64,000 bases of DNA from a virus (taxonomy: Duplodnaviria > Heunggongvirae > Uroviricota > Caudoviricetes): the IMG/VR virus record IMGVR_UViG_3300035515_000158. The stretch is one strand, 5' to 3'. The position numbers were made by a program, and so were the translations under genes. Each line of letters starts with the position of its first letter. The first letter of the stretch is position 1. The notes beneath the pieces are model-generated. The model saw only the letters and a list, made by a program, of their open reading frames with translations, made no database searches and had not been told where the DNA came from. This document shows, in pieces, positions 1 to 10,661 of this stretch.

Positions 1-566
1 AGGATACTACGCCAAAGTACGAGGATATTTGAAGAACGAAGTTTGATTACATTGTCAAAATCCTTATCCTTTACCCATTCCTTATTTTCCTCCATATTAC
101 GAACAAGAACCATAAGACCGGGTGCTGACTTAGGTGTCCAACGAACTGACTTGTAAAGATAGTCCATCAAATTCTTATAAGTCTTACGACCTGTGATTTT
201 ACCATCTTCAACTTCAGAACCAATTTCAAGATGATATTCACGTTCCTGTTCAGCACGAAGTTCATCTTCAAATTGTTTAGTTACTTCATCAAATACAGGT
301 TTCAACTCAGACTTTGTAAATGAAAGTTCAGATACAGTTTCTTTGAGTTGTTCAAGTGCTTTCTGTGCAGTTTGAAGAACATCATTTTTAATTTGATATT
401 CATTAGTTTCTTCACCATACAGTTTTTCTATTGAAGCGAGGTCACGAGTATGTGCCTCAATTTCGGCTTCTTTTTTGGTAATTTCTTCACGTGTGGATTT
501 CAATTTACCAATTCTCTCCAATACAGTTTCGAGAGTCAATTCATTTTTTTCTTTTTCTTCACTCAT
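1..566 (-). CDS. Hypothetical coiled-coil protein, runs off window start
   Basis: ATG at 566 (MSEEKEKNELTLETVLERIGKLK...), open to window edge; TTTTGTTATTTTTA motif upstream. Confidence 0.7.
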   Translation of the reverse strand, partial: MSEEKEKNELTLETVLERIGKLKSTREEITKKEAEIEAHTRDLASIEKLYGEETNEYQIKNDVLQTAQKALEQLKETVSELSFTKSELKPVFDEVTKQFEDELRAEQEREYHLEIGSEVEDGKITGRKTYKNLMDYLYKSVRWTPKSAPGLMVLVRNMEENKEWVKDKDFDNVIKLRSSNILVLWRSI

Positions 567-610
567 TTTATAACGATAAAATTAAAAATTACAATTTAAA
601 AATAACAAAA

Positions 611-1630
611 TTATTTGACATCAACATTAAAAACTTCCTTTAATAATGTTCTATATTTAGGATATATTTCAGTTTCCGTTAAAACTATTTCATCACCAGT
701 ATATAATTTTCCAACAGTAACCATACCTGTGTATTTTGATACAAATCCATAACCATTCAAGACATTTCCCCAATTTGTCAATCCAGAACCTAATGATGTA
801 TATGATGTTCTGGTCTGTGGTGTATCAGATGTATCAGTGGTTTCTTCAGTATTAGTATTTTCTTCATTTACAACAGGCTCAGCAGTTGTCATAGTAACCT
901 CAGATAAATCAGTTTGTTCTAATGTTGATTCATTTTGTATTACACTTGTATTCACTGACCGAACATTACTTTTTGTTGATTGAAGTAAATCTGATACACC
1001 TGTGTGTACTAATGATACATCATTTCCATCCATCAAATCAATTTTACCATCCCAATAATTAACAACTTCAAAATATACACCTTCATAACCAGTATCTGGG
1101 TCATAACCGGGATTACCATCAACGATAATTGAATTACCATCACTATCAACATATTGGTCAGTGTATAATTTCAATGAATAGTATTTATCAACTAAATTCA
1201 TATTAGTATCCTCATCTAATGTAATATCAATCATAGTAACCTCAGCATGGTATAGTCGATTATTATACATTACCCAGACACTTTCACCTACATTATAATC
1301 ACAGTTAATGTTATATCCTTCAGTTCCACTATATGTTCTGGTTTCCAAATATTCACTATATGTCTTCCCAGTAGATATCAGATTTGTATTATCATACTTA
1401 TTTTTTACATAAGTACACACATCTTCCTTACTGGTGAATATTTCTTCATCTGTGAATGAAGATGTTGTATCACCCCTCATATAATATTTTGTAATCCCTT
1501 TATTACTATCTTCACCAGAAGATGTACAACTGATTACCATCTTTTCTATAAAACTCGATTTAGGTAAGTTATTCCTTAGAAACCATACCTTTTCACCAAG
1601 TTTAAATTTTGTTTTTATTATTCTTGCCAT
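611..1630 (-). CDS. Hypothetical protein with two SH3/KOW-like segments
   Basis: 339 aa ORF; similar segments KFKLGEKVWFLRNN and DYNVGESVWVMYNN. Confidence 0.6.
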   Translation of the reverse strand: MARIIKTKFKLGEKVWFLRNNLPKSSFIEKMVISCTSSGEDSNKGITKYYMRGDTTSSFTDEEIFTSKEDVCTYVKNKYDNTNLISTGKTYSEYLETRTYSGTEGYNINCDYNVGESVWVMYNNRLYHAEVTMIDITLDEDTNMNLVDKYYSLKLYTDQYVDSDGNSIIVDGNPGYDPDTGYEGVYFEVVNYWDGKIDLMDGNDVSLVHTGVSDLLQSTKSNVRSVNTSVIQNESTLEQTDLSEVTMTTAEPVVNEENTNTEETTDTSDTPQTRTSYTSLGSGLTNWGNVLNGYGFVSKYTGMVTVGKLYTGDEIVLTETEIYPKYRTLLKEVFNVDVK

Positions 1631-1633
1631 TTA

Positions 1634-2110
1634 TTAAAATAAAACTTCTTCTTTCTTCACTGGTTTAGATTTTTTTGGACTACCTTTTTTTACAATGACT
1701 TTACTCTTATTATCAAAGTAATTCATCTTAATCAAATTTAAGGCTTGTTCAACTTCATCTTTATTAAATTCATATGCTTCCTCTACTTCACGAATACCAC
1801 ACTCATTAACCTCCATATATTTGTCAATAACACAATCATCATACTTCTCTCTAATAGTTTCCTTCTTTTTCTTTTGAGTTATTTTCATTCTAAGAAAATT
1901 AGGTAAACCATTATAACGAGAAGCAACAATGGCCAATATATTTGAAGTATATAATGGATCTGATTCAAGACTATTTAGAGAATCACACAACAAAGGATAC
2001 TGAGCACTGAAAAGACGTCGTATCATGTAAGCATATTTTCTCTTATCAGTGTCATCTACTACTCCCGACCTTCTTGAACAAAAGGCACTCAAAACATCAT
2101 ATAGTTCCAT
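1634..2110 (-). CDS. Hypothetical protein, possibly clamp-loader small subunit (T4 gp62-like)
   Basis: 158 aa helical ORF downstream of RNase H; weak resemblance of KKKKETIREKYDDCVIDKYMEVNECGIREVEEAY to gp62 C-terminus. Confidence 0.35.
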   Translation of the reverse strand: MELYDVLSAFCSRRSGVVDDTDKRKYAYMIRRLFSAQYPLLCDSLNSLESDPLYTSNILAIVASRYNGLPNFLRMKITQKKKKETIREKYDDCVIDKYMEVNECGIREVEEAYEFNKDEVEQALNLIKMNYFDNKSKVIVKKGSPKKSKPVKKEEVLF

Positions 2111-2112
2111 AC

Positions 2113-3294
2113 TTAACCTTTAATAAATGAAAAATCAGTATCCTCGACGTCTTTAACTACGTTACTTTTAACCTGAATACTTGTTTTATAATCTTTGAAT
2201 CTTGACTTTGAGAAAATAAACTCTTTTGTAATCTTAGAAACTACAATAGGTTTCTTTAATTTTTCTTCCTCAATATTACTGTGCATATTTTCTAACACAT
2301 CAGTAGGAATACTATCCGGTGTTAAAGATACCAAAGATGTATTAATCTTGATGTTCTCAAACAACATTCGTTTCGTAAATTCGTCATCTTTAATCTTAGC
2401 GACATCATAAATGACATTACATAAGATTTTAACAGCATCTGAATTTTCATAAATGTGATAATCAAATTCACAACCCAATTTTTCTTTGAATGAGTTATAA
2501 ATCTTTTCCACAGTTTTAGTTCCCAATCCCTTACTACGACTTGTTTCGGTAGCAGGTTTATAATACACAGGATAAATATTGTCTGAAGTATCACCACCAA
2601 CAATCTTAGCAAATCTTACGTGTTCAGGGGATACAACTTCAACATCAGTGGTTTCAACAAAATTCTGAAATGGATTGTTGTCAATAGAGATTGTAAACAA
2701 TTCTTCAAATAAGTTTTCTTGTGTAATCTCTTTATGATTTAGTTCATCAATAATGTCCTGAGTTTCTTGACTCACATAAAGTTTGTTTTGAATAGGAGCA
2801 TACTGAATAATATGAACATCATTTACACATTTAACCAACTGAGTTAAATCCTTATCAGTAGAGAATATCAAAGTGGATTTACCCTCTTCAAAAAGGTTAT
2901 TACTCCAAGCTGATATTAAGTCATCACCTTCACTTCTTTCAACCTGACTAACTTTTACACCCATATTAACAAGAGTGTCAGTGAAATTATTGATTACAGT
3001 AGAGAAACCATTTCTATCAATGTTATCTTGATTTTTCTTACGATTTCCCTTATACTCTTGTTGAAGAAGTAGGTCTTTACGCCAAGAATGACTGTCCTTA
3101 ACAAAAACAATGTCATTCACAATAGGGTTCATTTGTTTCGCAACCGAACAAAAATCAACCATTAATTTTTTTTCATAAGAGTCCATATCTTTCTTTGATG
3201 TCAAGAATTTGGATTTAGAACCTTGTTTGAAAGTTGACCAAAGACAACGAAAGAAAAAATTATGTCCATCTATTAGTAATGTAAATCTTTTCAT
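2113..3294 (-). CDS. rnh: RNase H / 5'-3' exonuclease (T4 rnh-like, FEN/PIN fold)
   Basis: LLIDGHN, YKGNR, EGDDLI, STDKDLTQL and GGDTSDNI motifs. Confidence 0.88.
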   Translation of the reverse strand: MKRFTLLIDGHNFFFRCLWSTFKQGSKSKFLTSKKDMDSYEKKLMVDFCSVAKQMNPIVNDIVFVKDSHSWRKDLLLQQEYKGNRKKNQDNIDRNGFSTVINNFTDTLVNMGVKVSQVERSEGDDLISAWSNNLFEEGKSTLIFSTDKDLTQLVKCVNDVHIIQYAPIQNKLYVSQETQDIIDELNHKEITQENLFEELFTISIDNNPFQNFVETTDVEVVSPEHVRFAKIVGGDTSDNIYPVYYKPATETSRSKGLGTKTVEKIYNSFKEKLGCEFDYHIYENSDAVKILCNVIYDVAKIKDDEFTKRMLFENIKINTSLVSLTPDSIPTDVLENMHSNIEEEKLKKPIVVSKITKEFIFSKSRFKDYKTSIQVKSNVVKDVEDTDFSFIKG

Positions 3295-3313
3295 ATCCTA
3301 AACATAACAAAAA

Positions 3314-4012
3314 TCACAAATATTGATAAGTAGTAATCAATCGTATATTAGGTTTACATCTATTGATAATTTTAGGAAATGATAACAAATACTCAACAAT
3401 ATTTTTATCCAAAGAATTTAGAGTATTAATATTATTATGAACAAACATTTCAATATATGATACATACTCATCAAAAGTAAAATCAATATTAAAAACTCGT
3501 TCTAAATATGAATTTGGTATAATCTCATCAAACATCATCACTTTATTTAACATATCTATAATCTCCATTTCAAACATATCATAAAGTCTGAATTCAATTA
3601 CATCAATGTTATATATTAAAGAAATTGATTCTCGTTGAGCATCAGGATCATTATTATCCAGTAACTTATAAGCATCATACACATTTTCATCATCAGTAAA
3701 AACCAATGTCACATATTTAAGGTGTGTAAACGTTTTTAATATGACACCAAAACCACAGAAGAACTTAGTATCAATGTCATGGTCTTTACAAAAATTAAGG
3801 ATTGTCAAAAAACTCGAAAATAAATCAATAGTAGGGATTTGGTGATAATCTTTATATCCGGAAAGATGACTATCAACAAATGTCTTAAAACAACCAAACG
3901 CTTCATCTTGAACAGGACAATTAACAGTCATTGTATGTACTTGTTCAATACGTCTTATGACACTATCAGGTTCTCCCTTAGTGTATCTATCTAAACTTTC
4001 ATTATTCTCCAT
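3314..4012 (-). CDS. Hypothetical protein
   Basis: ORF track 3314..4111; start more plausibly ATG at 4012 (MENNESLDRY), which avoids overlap with the divergent gene at 4065. Confidence 0.6.
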   Translation of the reverse strand: MENNESLDRYTKGEPDSVIRRIEQVHTMTVNCPVQDEAFGCFKTFVDSHLSGYKDYHQIPTIDLFSSFLTILNFCKDHDIDTKFFCGFGVILKTFTHLKYVTLVFTDDENVYDAYKLLDNNDPDAQRESISLIYNIDVIEFRLYDMFEMEIIDMLNKVMMFDEIIPNSYLERVFNIDFTFDEYVSYIEMFVHNNINTLNSLDKNIVEYLLSFPKIINRCKPNIRLITTYQYL

Positions 4013-4064
4013 AAATACTAATATGTAATATAAATAATTACTATAAAAATAACAAATCTGTTCA

Positions 4065-4556
4065 GTGGCAGGAATCAAAGACTTAAAACCTAAAAAATTT
4101 GGGTTATTCAAACAAGGTTATTATACTCCAACATATCCACAGAAGTATAAGACAAATACAAAACAAATAATTTATCGTTCTTCTTGGGAATTTAAATTAT
4201 GTAAATGGTTTGATTTAACTCCTGAAGTAATAGAATGGGCTTCCGAACCAATATCAATTAAATATTTTTATTCAGTTGACCAAAGGATGCATACTTACTA
4301 TCCTGACTTTTACTTTGCTTATAAAAAACCCGATGGTAGAATAATAAAATATATTGTTGAATGTAAACCTTCACAACAATTAGTTAAACCTCAAGAACCT
4401 AAAAGAAGAACACCTAACACTATTAAGAATTATAATTATCTTATGGAGTGTTACTTAAAGAATAGTTGTAAAAGGACTTATGCTAAGAAGTGGTGTGAAG
4501 ATAATAATTATGTTTTTGTTTATGTCACTGAAAAGTCTAATTTAAACTTCATTTAG
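4065..4556 (+). CDS. Head completion protein / TnsA-like endonuclease (T4 gp4-like)
   Basis: QGYYTP.YPQKY, IIYRSSWE, WASEP, YYPDF, IVECKP motifs; TATAAATA at 4029-4036. Confidence 0.85.
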   Translation: MAGIKDLKPKKFGLFKQGYYTPTYPQKYKTNTKQIIYRSSWEFKLCKWFDLTPEVIEWASEPISIKYFYSVDQRMHTYYPDFYFAYKKPDGRIIKYIVECKPSQQLVKPQEPKRRTPNTIKNYNYLMECYLKNSCKRTYAKKWCEDNNYVFVYVTEKSNLNFI

Positions 4557-4557
4557 A

Positions 4558-4594
4558 TATTATTTATATGATATAACAAACGGTCTACTTTTTT
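4558..4594 (-). repeat. 37-bp element, perfect inverted copy of 53706-53742
   Basis: Reverse complement reads AAAAAAGTAGACCGTTTGTTATATCATATAAATAATA. Confidence 0.92.
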
Positions 4595-4634
4595 TAGACA
4601 TTTACTACAAACTAATAAATATAACAATTTTTTA

Positions 4635-7600
4635 ATGGAACCAAAAGTAATTGGAACTATATCAAATAACTTGGAGATAATCAGGGGTATTCTTGAGAAT
4701 AGGGATACTGAGATTAAACGTACTTTTCATGACATTATCACAGGAGATGATGTCAAATCTCTTATATCATCTATTACAGAAAAGGTAGATGATATACATT
4801 CTGATACAGTCATGTTAAATGATAGTATGGGTAATGTATCAAGAGTTATTCAAAGAAATAATGACTTAATCCAAGCAAATAACAATGATGCTCTGGTCAA
4901 AATCTTAAATGAAATATCAGTCAATGTCGCTGCGATTTTGAAAAAGACAGGGCCTCAATTATCTCCGGAAAATCGAAAAGACTTAGAAAACCTTATGAGA
5001 GAAACCCAAAAGGATTCAAGAATGAATAAGGTTATGGTAATGGTAAGTCTTATCTCTCAACTTAAAGCGATTTCATTAAAAGATTTCTTATTGGGTAAAC
5101 GAAAGATTAAAAAGTTAGAAGAGCTATATGATCAAATAGGTGATGTCGTAAAAAAGAATAAAGATGAGGACATAAAGAAAACCAGAGAATTTATAGATTC
5201 TGCGGTTGGTATGATGAAGAAATTGTCCAAGATTGCTCCATTAACTAAACTCGCTCAGATTGGTGCTAAGGGTATTGATAAAGTTCTATTTGGTAAAGAT
5301 GGTAAAGGTGGATTGATGAAAACCATTAATGAGATACATAAAAACCAAAGAACTATAAAGAAGGCAAAGAAGGAAGTTGAAATCCTTTTAAGTTGTTGTG
5401 GTAAACTATTATTACTCTCATTGGCCTTATCAGCTATGGTTGTTGTTGGAATACCTGCGATGGCTGGTGCGATGGTTACTTATGGAATTGTTTGGACATT
5501 AGTTAGAATAGAGGAATTATTAAAACACAATAGTAAATCAATAAGGAAAGGTAATGTATCTGCTACCATGCTTATTTTAGGTATGGTTGGTATGATGGTT
5601 GGTCTTGTTGTTCTATACGAGGTTGCCAATGAAATGGAATGGGAAACCTTTGGTAAGATGGCCGCGACTATTGGATTATTGACTGGGGTAACTGTTTTAA
5701 TGGGTATGTTACAAAAACCTGTTAAGAAAGGTGCTGAATCATTAGTCATCATGGGTATTGGTTATCTTGCAGTGTCTATTTCTATGTTTATCATGTATCA
5801 GACTGTAAAAGGTGCTGATTGGGAAGAATTTGGAATGATTGCCGCGACCATAGGTATGTTTGGAGCGTTGACTTTACTAATGGGTATCGGACCTATTCCT
5901 GAATATATAATGGCGGGTGCGACTGCCTTAATCTTTATGGGTATTGGATATATTGGTATTGGTATATCTATGATACTAATGTATAAATCTGTAAAGGGTT
6001 CTAACTGGGAGGAATTTGCCATGATTGCCGCGACCATTGGAACATTCGCTGGACTCGCCGCCCTTTGTGGTTTACCTGTTGTTGCTCCATTTATCATGAT
6101 GGGTGCCTTTGTTTTGGGTATATTAGGTTTGTCATTAGTTGTTCTTGGTGGTGCTATTTATCTGTTTGGTAAAATGGTAACTGATGATTCTATTGAAAAA
6201 ATCGCAACTGGTATTCCTAAGATATTGGATGCTATTACAAGTATGTTCAAATCTGATAAGGAAAATCCAAGTTTCGGTGATGGTATTCTTGGTGTTATAT
6301 TAGGAGTTCTTAGATTAGGTGGTGCTTTGTTCGCCGCGGGAGCCTTGATGATGATAGGTATTGCCTTGGGTGTATTTGCACTCTGTCTAAAACCTTGGGA
6401 AAATGTCAAGATGAAAGCCATTGATAACTTTGGTAGAGCATACAACAAAATTAATAAGATATTCAAACTCGATGAACCCGGTGAAGGTGGAGCGGTGATG
6501 CAAATAAAGAATGGTATTGTTGGTCTTATTACATCAGCTCTTAGATTTGGTAAAACATTCTTCCAGATGGGTGTAATCTTACTGTCTGTATTCACAATGG
6601 GACTTATCAAAACCAATATCGAGAAATGGAAGAATTATGACCCAAAATCAATGAAGAATTTTGAAGATGCTTACACTTCTATTAAAAAGATATTCAAGAT
6701 TGAGGATCCAGATGATAGTATTGGTGGAATTGGTGGTAGTATTGCGAATTTGGCTAATAATGTACTTGGTCTGGCTTCGGCGATGTTCCAATTTGGTAAA
6801 ACATTCTTCCAGATGGGAACAATCCTAATGTCAATGTTTGTAATGGATGTTGTTAGGGAGAAAATGAATAAGTGGTCAAGAGATTATGATACAAAGGGTA
6901 TTGCCAATTTTGAAGCTTGTTATGTTAAGATAAATGAATTGTTAGGTCTTGATAATAGTCAAAATCCTTCTATTGGTGGTCTATGTAGTGATATATTCTC
7001 TTTAATATGTTCATTCTTTGAATTTGGAGCGACATTTTTTAGAATGGGTTCTATACTATTATCTATATGGGTAATGGATAAACTCTGTGATGCTACTAAA
7101 AAATGGAAAGATGTTGATCCAAAATCCTTAGATAATGTTGAAGCTTGTTTGAAAAAGGTTTATAAAATATTTGGACTTGAAGATCCAGCAACATCAGGTG
7201 ACAAATCTCTTGGTGAAAAAATAGGTAGTGGTATTAGTAACTTATTCTCACTTGGTTCTGCTCTGTTAGGTTGTGGTAATTCAATCGCAAACATGGCTCC
7301 AATTTTGATGGCTGTTGGTATTATAGACACATTAGCTGATGGATTGAACAAAATAAACAATCTGAAAGACCCTATCAAGAATGTTCAAACTATTGAGACT
7401 TGTATCAATAAAATTAAAAAATTCTATGAAAAGAATGACTTTGACAAGGCTGAGGACAAACTGGAAGATTGTAAAAAAATGTTTGATGAATTTAAGGATT
7501 TGGTTGAATTATTCCATGATTCTAAAAAATATTTCGACACAATCAATTCAATGAAAGACCCTGAGAATACTTTGTCAATAGTTGAAAAATGTGTAACAAA

Positions 7601-8744
7601 AATTAATGATTTCTTCAAAGATAAATCATATGGCAAGGCTGAGGACAGAATTGATGATTGTGAAGATATGTTTGATGAATACAAGGATTTAGTTGAAACG
7701 ATAAGTAAATCTAAGAAGTATTTTGATACAATTAATGAGATGAAAAATCCATTAATTACCATATCAACAGTTGAACAATGTGTAACAAGAATTAATGATT
7801 TTTATAAGTCACAGGATTTTGATGACTCTACAAAGAATATTAAAGACTGTAAAAAACTCATGAAGGAATTTAGAAATGTTGCTGATATATTTAGTGACAT
7901 TAATAAAGACCTACAAACATTTAATGGTAAGAGTGTTCAAAAAATATATTTAGTTAGTAGAGCTGTTGGACATATCGGTGTATTCTATAAAAAACATAAT
8001 TTCTCGGCTTCATTGGAAAACCTAAGAGATGCGGAGGAAATGATGGAATACTTTGTTGATATGGTAGAATATGCTGTTGATAGTGAAGAAGATATCGTTA
8101 AGTTTGAAGATTTATCAGATGTAATTATCAGAATATTGGATAAATGGAATCCAGAAGCATATGAACCCAGTATGATGAGTATAAATAGAACTGTCACTAC
8201 TATGTTCAATATGTTAAATAAGAATGGTAATAACTATCGTAAGAATGTAACAAAGACAATATCTCTATTTAGATCACTTGAACGTCTTGAAAAATCTTGG
8301 GATGGTAAGAAAGTCGCAACACCTTTCAAACAAATAATCAATAAAGTCAATACAGTAAAACTTGATAGAGTTAGAGCTTTGACAAGTATGTTTAACTCTT
8401 TCGCTCAGTTAAAACAAAAGAGTATTTTCTCAGGTTTCAAAGATGCTGTCGATGATTTCACTAAGGCTTGTATTCAATTAGTGGATGCTATAAATGGTAA
8501 TACTGACGCCTTGAATGAAAGTAGTGATAATACTCAAACAAATGAAACAGACACTAAGACAGATACACAAACTACCAATAATGGAAATTCTAAGTCTATA
8601 AGAATATCTAACATTGATGAACTCGCAATGGCAATAGCTCGTCGAATAGGTAATGGTAATCGTAATTCCGGTGGTGGTTCTTCAACTATTGATTTGAGAA
8701 TTAATGGTGAAGGTGGAGATATGTGGACTATCAGAAGATATTAA
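4635..8744 (+). CDS. Probable tape measure protein
   Basis: 1369 aa, helical, repeated hydrophobic WEEF.MIAATIG segments, followed by hub assembly-like genes. Confidence 0.65.
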   Translation: MEPKVIGTISNNLEIIRGILENRDTEIKRTFHDIITGDDVKSLISSITEKVDDIHSDTVMLNDSMGNVSRVIQRNNDLIQANNNDALVKILNEISVNVAAILKKTGPQLSPENRKDLENLMRETQKDSRMNKVMVMVSLISQLKAISLKDFLLGKRKIKKLEELYDQIGDVVKKNKDEDIKKTREFIDSAVGMMKKLSKIAPLTKLAQIGAKGIDKVLFGKDGKGGLMKTINEIHKNQRTIKKAKKEVEILLSCCGKLLLLSLALSAMVVVGIPAMAGAMVTYGIVWTLVRIEELLKHNSKSIRKGNVSATMLILGMVGMMVGLVVLYEVANEMEWETFGKMAATIGLLTGVTVLMGMLQKPVKKGAESLVIMGIGYLAVSISMFIMYQTVKGADWEEFGMIAATIGMFGALTLLMGIGPIPEYIMAGATALIFMGIGYIGIGISMILMYKSVKGSNWEEFAMIAATIGTFAGLAALCGLPVVAPFIMMGAFVLGILGLSLVVLGGAIYLFGKMVTDDSIEKIATGIPKILDAITSMFKSDKENPSFGDGILGVILGVLRLGGALFAAGALMMIGIALGVFALCLKPWENVKMKAIDNFGRAYNKINKIFKLDEPGEGGAVMQIKNGIVGLITSALRFGKTFFQMGVILLSVFTMGLIKTNIEKWKNYDPKSMKNFEDAYTSIKKIFKIEDPDDSIGGIGGSIANLANNVLGLASAMFQFGKTFFQMGTILMSMFVMDVVREKMNKWSRDYDTKGIANFEACYVKINELLGLDNSQNPSIGGLCSDIFSLICSFFEFGATFFRMGSILLSIWVMDKLCDATKKWKDVDPKSLDNVEACLKKVYKIFGLEDPATSGDKSLGEKIGSGISNLFSLGSALLGCGNSIANMAPILMAVGIIDTLADGLNKINNLKDPIKNVQTIETCINKIKKFYEKNDFDKAEDKLEDCKKMFDEFKDLVELFHDSKKYFDTINSMKDPENTLSIVEKCVTKINDFFKDKSYGKAEDRIDDCEDMFDEYKDLVETISKSKKYFDTINEMKNPLITISTVEQCVTRINDFYKSQDFDDSTKNIKDCKKLMKEFRNVADIFSDINKDLQTFNGKSVQKIYLVSRAVGHIGVFYKKHNFSASLENLRDAEEMMEYFVDMVEYAVDSEEDIVKFEDLSDVIIRILDKWNPEAYEPSMMSINRTVTTMFNMLNKNGNNYRKNVTKTISLFRSLERLEKSWDGKKVATPFKQIINKVNTVKLDRVRALTSMFNSFAQLKQKSIFSGFKDAVDDFTKACIQLVDAINGNTDALNESSDNTQTNETDTKTDTQTTNNGNSKSIRISNIDELAMAIARRIGNGNRNSGGGSSTIDLRINGEGGDMWTIRRY

Positions 8745-8881
8745 CATTAAATATATTTTGTTTTAACATACATATATTCAAGTAACTGAAAAGATAATTT
8801 ACTTTATAGAACAGTAAGAGAATACAAGTTAACAAAAAATAAAAATTTGTTATATTTATTTATAAATAATCAAAGATGTAA

Positions 8882-9892
8882 ATGGCAAAAAAACCTGAAA
8901 CCTATGACGAACAAATTTTGAAGGAATTTGAAGAGTCACAAAAGGGTATTAATAATGAAGATGTAAAAAAGATTACCAAGTCTGAGGATTTGGGACAAGT
9001 TAAATTTACCGGAACAAAGGAAGTTTTAGATAATGACCCAAATATTCAACGTATAAATGCTTCTATTGGATATATCAACATTCCATTAGAGTGTTTACCC
9101 AGTCAAGGTAGATATTACCCTGATGATACACGAATTAGTATCAGAGCTGCGAGGGTAGGTGAAATTCGTGAGTTTTCTACTGTTGATGAGAATGACATGA
9201 AGGACATTATTGACAAACTTACTTATATGGTTTCTCAATGTGTAAATGTTTATTTTGGTAATGTTAAGGGTTCATATAAGGACATTATTACTGCTGATAG
9301 AATTGTACTTATCTTGAAAATTCGTGAACTTACCTTTGTGGATGGAGCTTCAAGTATTAAGATACCTGTTCCCAGTGGTGCTTGTAAAACAGTTGGATGT
9401 AAACCACAAGATACCATTGACTTTAACACAGCAAGTCTTTCATTTGTTCAACCAGACCCATTGATGGAGAAATATTATGATGCTACTCAAAAGTGTTATA
9501 ATGTTGAAACTAAGAATTATGGCGTGATTAGTTTGTATCCACCTAACATTGGTGTATCAACCGCTATTACTGATTGGGGAGTAAAACAACAAAGAGAAAA
9601 TAAGAAGATTGATGCCTCATTGGTGGACATTCTTCAATTTGTGATTAAAGATTGGAGAGGTCTTTCTGATAAGATGATTTTTTCTAAGTTGACTGAATTG
9701 GCTGGATGGTCTACCGAAAAATTCACACTGGTATATAGAATTATTGAAAAGATTAATGTTGGTATCGAGTTTAATGTTAAGGCTCAGTGTGCTTCGTGTG
9801 GAGGGGAGATAGAAGTTCCCATTACGTTTCCCGACGGATATAAATCCCTATTTGTTCCGACAATTTCAGATATCGGAGACGAACTTCTATGA
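8882..9892 (+). CDS. Baseplate hub assembly protein (T4 gp26-like)
   Basis: LPSQGRYY, DRIVLILKIRELTF, CxxxxC and CASCG motifs; TATAAATA at 8861-8868. Confidence 0.65.
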   Translation: MAKKPETYDEQILKEFEESQKGINNEDVKKITKSEDLGQVKFTGTKEVLDNDPNIQRINASIGYINIPLECLPSQGRYYPDDTRISIRAARVGEIREFSTVDENDMKDIIDKLTYMVSQCVNVYFGNVKGSYKDIITADRIVLILKIRELTFVDGASSIKIPVPSGACKTVGCKPQDTIDFNTASLSFVQPDPLMEKYYDATQKCYNVETKNYGVISLYPPNIGVSTAITDWGVKQQRENKKIDASLVDILQFVIKDWRGLSDKMIFSKLTELAGWSTEKFTLVYRIIEKINVGIEFNVKAQCASCGGEIEVPITFPDGYKSLFVPTISDIGDELL

Positions 9893-10160
9893 TAATGTTG
9901 TTGTTGCCATGGAAAAACTTAACATGGACTACAACACTATTATGAATCTTTGGTTTTATGATTTCCAAAATATCTTAGCATCATTCCAGAGAATACTTGA
10001 ACAAAGAAATAAAGCTGAGGAAGATGAAGCTAAGAGACAAGGATATGATACTAATAAGTTTACACCCAATAATCTTATGAAATCTGCGAATAATATGATG
10101 AAGTCACCTATGGGTGGAAGTGGGTTTAAGATGCCGAATATGGGTGGACTAAAATTATAA
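9852..10160 (+). CDS. Small tail/baseplate assembly protein (gp51-like position)
   Basis: 102 aa ORF (TTG start) overlapping the gp26-like gene; IMNLWFYDF segment. Confidence 0.45.
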   Translation: MFRQFQISETNFYDNVVVAMEKLNMDYNTIMNLWFYDFQNILASFQRILEQRNKAEEDEAKRQGYDTNKFTPNNLMKSANNMMKSPMGGSGFKMPNMGGLKL

Positions 10161-10197
10161 AAGAGTGGAGATTTAATTTTCTCCACTCTTTCTTTTT
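10159..10197. terminator. Bidirectional intrinsic terminator
   Basis: AAGAGTGGAG/CTCCACTCTT stem between convergent genes, A and T tracts on each side. Confidence 0.85.
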
Positions 10198-10645
10198 ATA
10201 GATTCTTTAAGTATTGTTTCCATTGATATACTGAACCAAGTTCATCAAATTTCTTTTTTGACCTTGCTGATATATATTTACTAAGATTTGTTCCATCATA
10301 ATTTACAGGATATGATGTGTCATTTTCATTAGCATAGGCTTCCATTTCATAAGGAATTAAATAATATGCGGATGTAAATGGTAGTCCTTTAATCCAATAA
10401 CCTAAATATTTCAAATAGAATTTCCACCAACTACCAACTTTCTGAGCTTGTTTCAGATGAATTGACTCATGAGTTTTAGTAACTTGATTTATTTTACTTG
10501 GGTCTTTTCTTGTCACTAAACGGCCACACCATGTCATTGCTGAGTATCCACTAAATGGGAAATGTTTCATCTGAACTATTTCCATTTCATCAAAGTCACT
10601 TGGTTTAGAAAATAACCACTTAATTAAAGTCCAAAGTTCTTTCAT
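10196..10645 (-). CDS. Small HExxH metallopeptidase-like protein
   Basis: HESIH motif plus downstream PYEMEAY. Confidence 0.6.
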   Translation of the reverse strand: MKELWTLIKWLFSKPSDFDEMEIVQMKHFPFSGYSAMTWCGRLVTRKDPSKINQVTKTHESIHLKQAQKVGSWWKFYLKYLGYWIKGLPFTSAYYLIPYEMEAYANENDTSYPVNYDGTNLSKYISARSKKKFDELGSVYQWKQYLKNL

Positions 10646-10661
10646 AATAATTGTTTATTGT

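Noticed and set aside
4065-4556. Tn7-like transposon (TnsA)
   Set aside because: No tnsB/C/D nearby; motifs and context fit T4 gp4 head completion protein.
9852-9892. Programmed -1 frameshift of tail-chaperone type
   Set aside because: Downstream ORF is in the +1 frame and no XXXYYYZ slippery heptamer is evident; a separate TTG/ATG start suffices.
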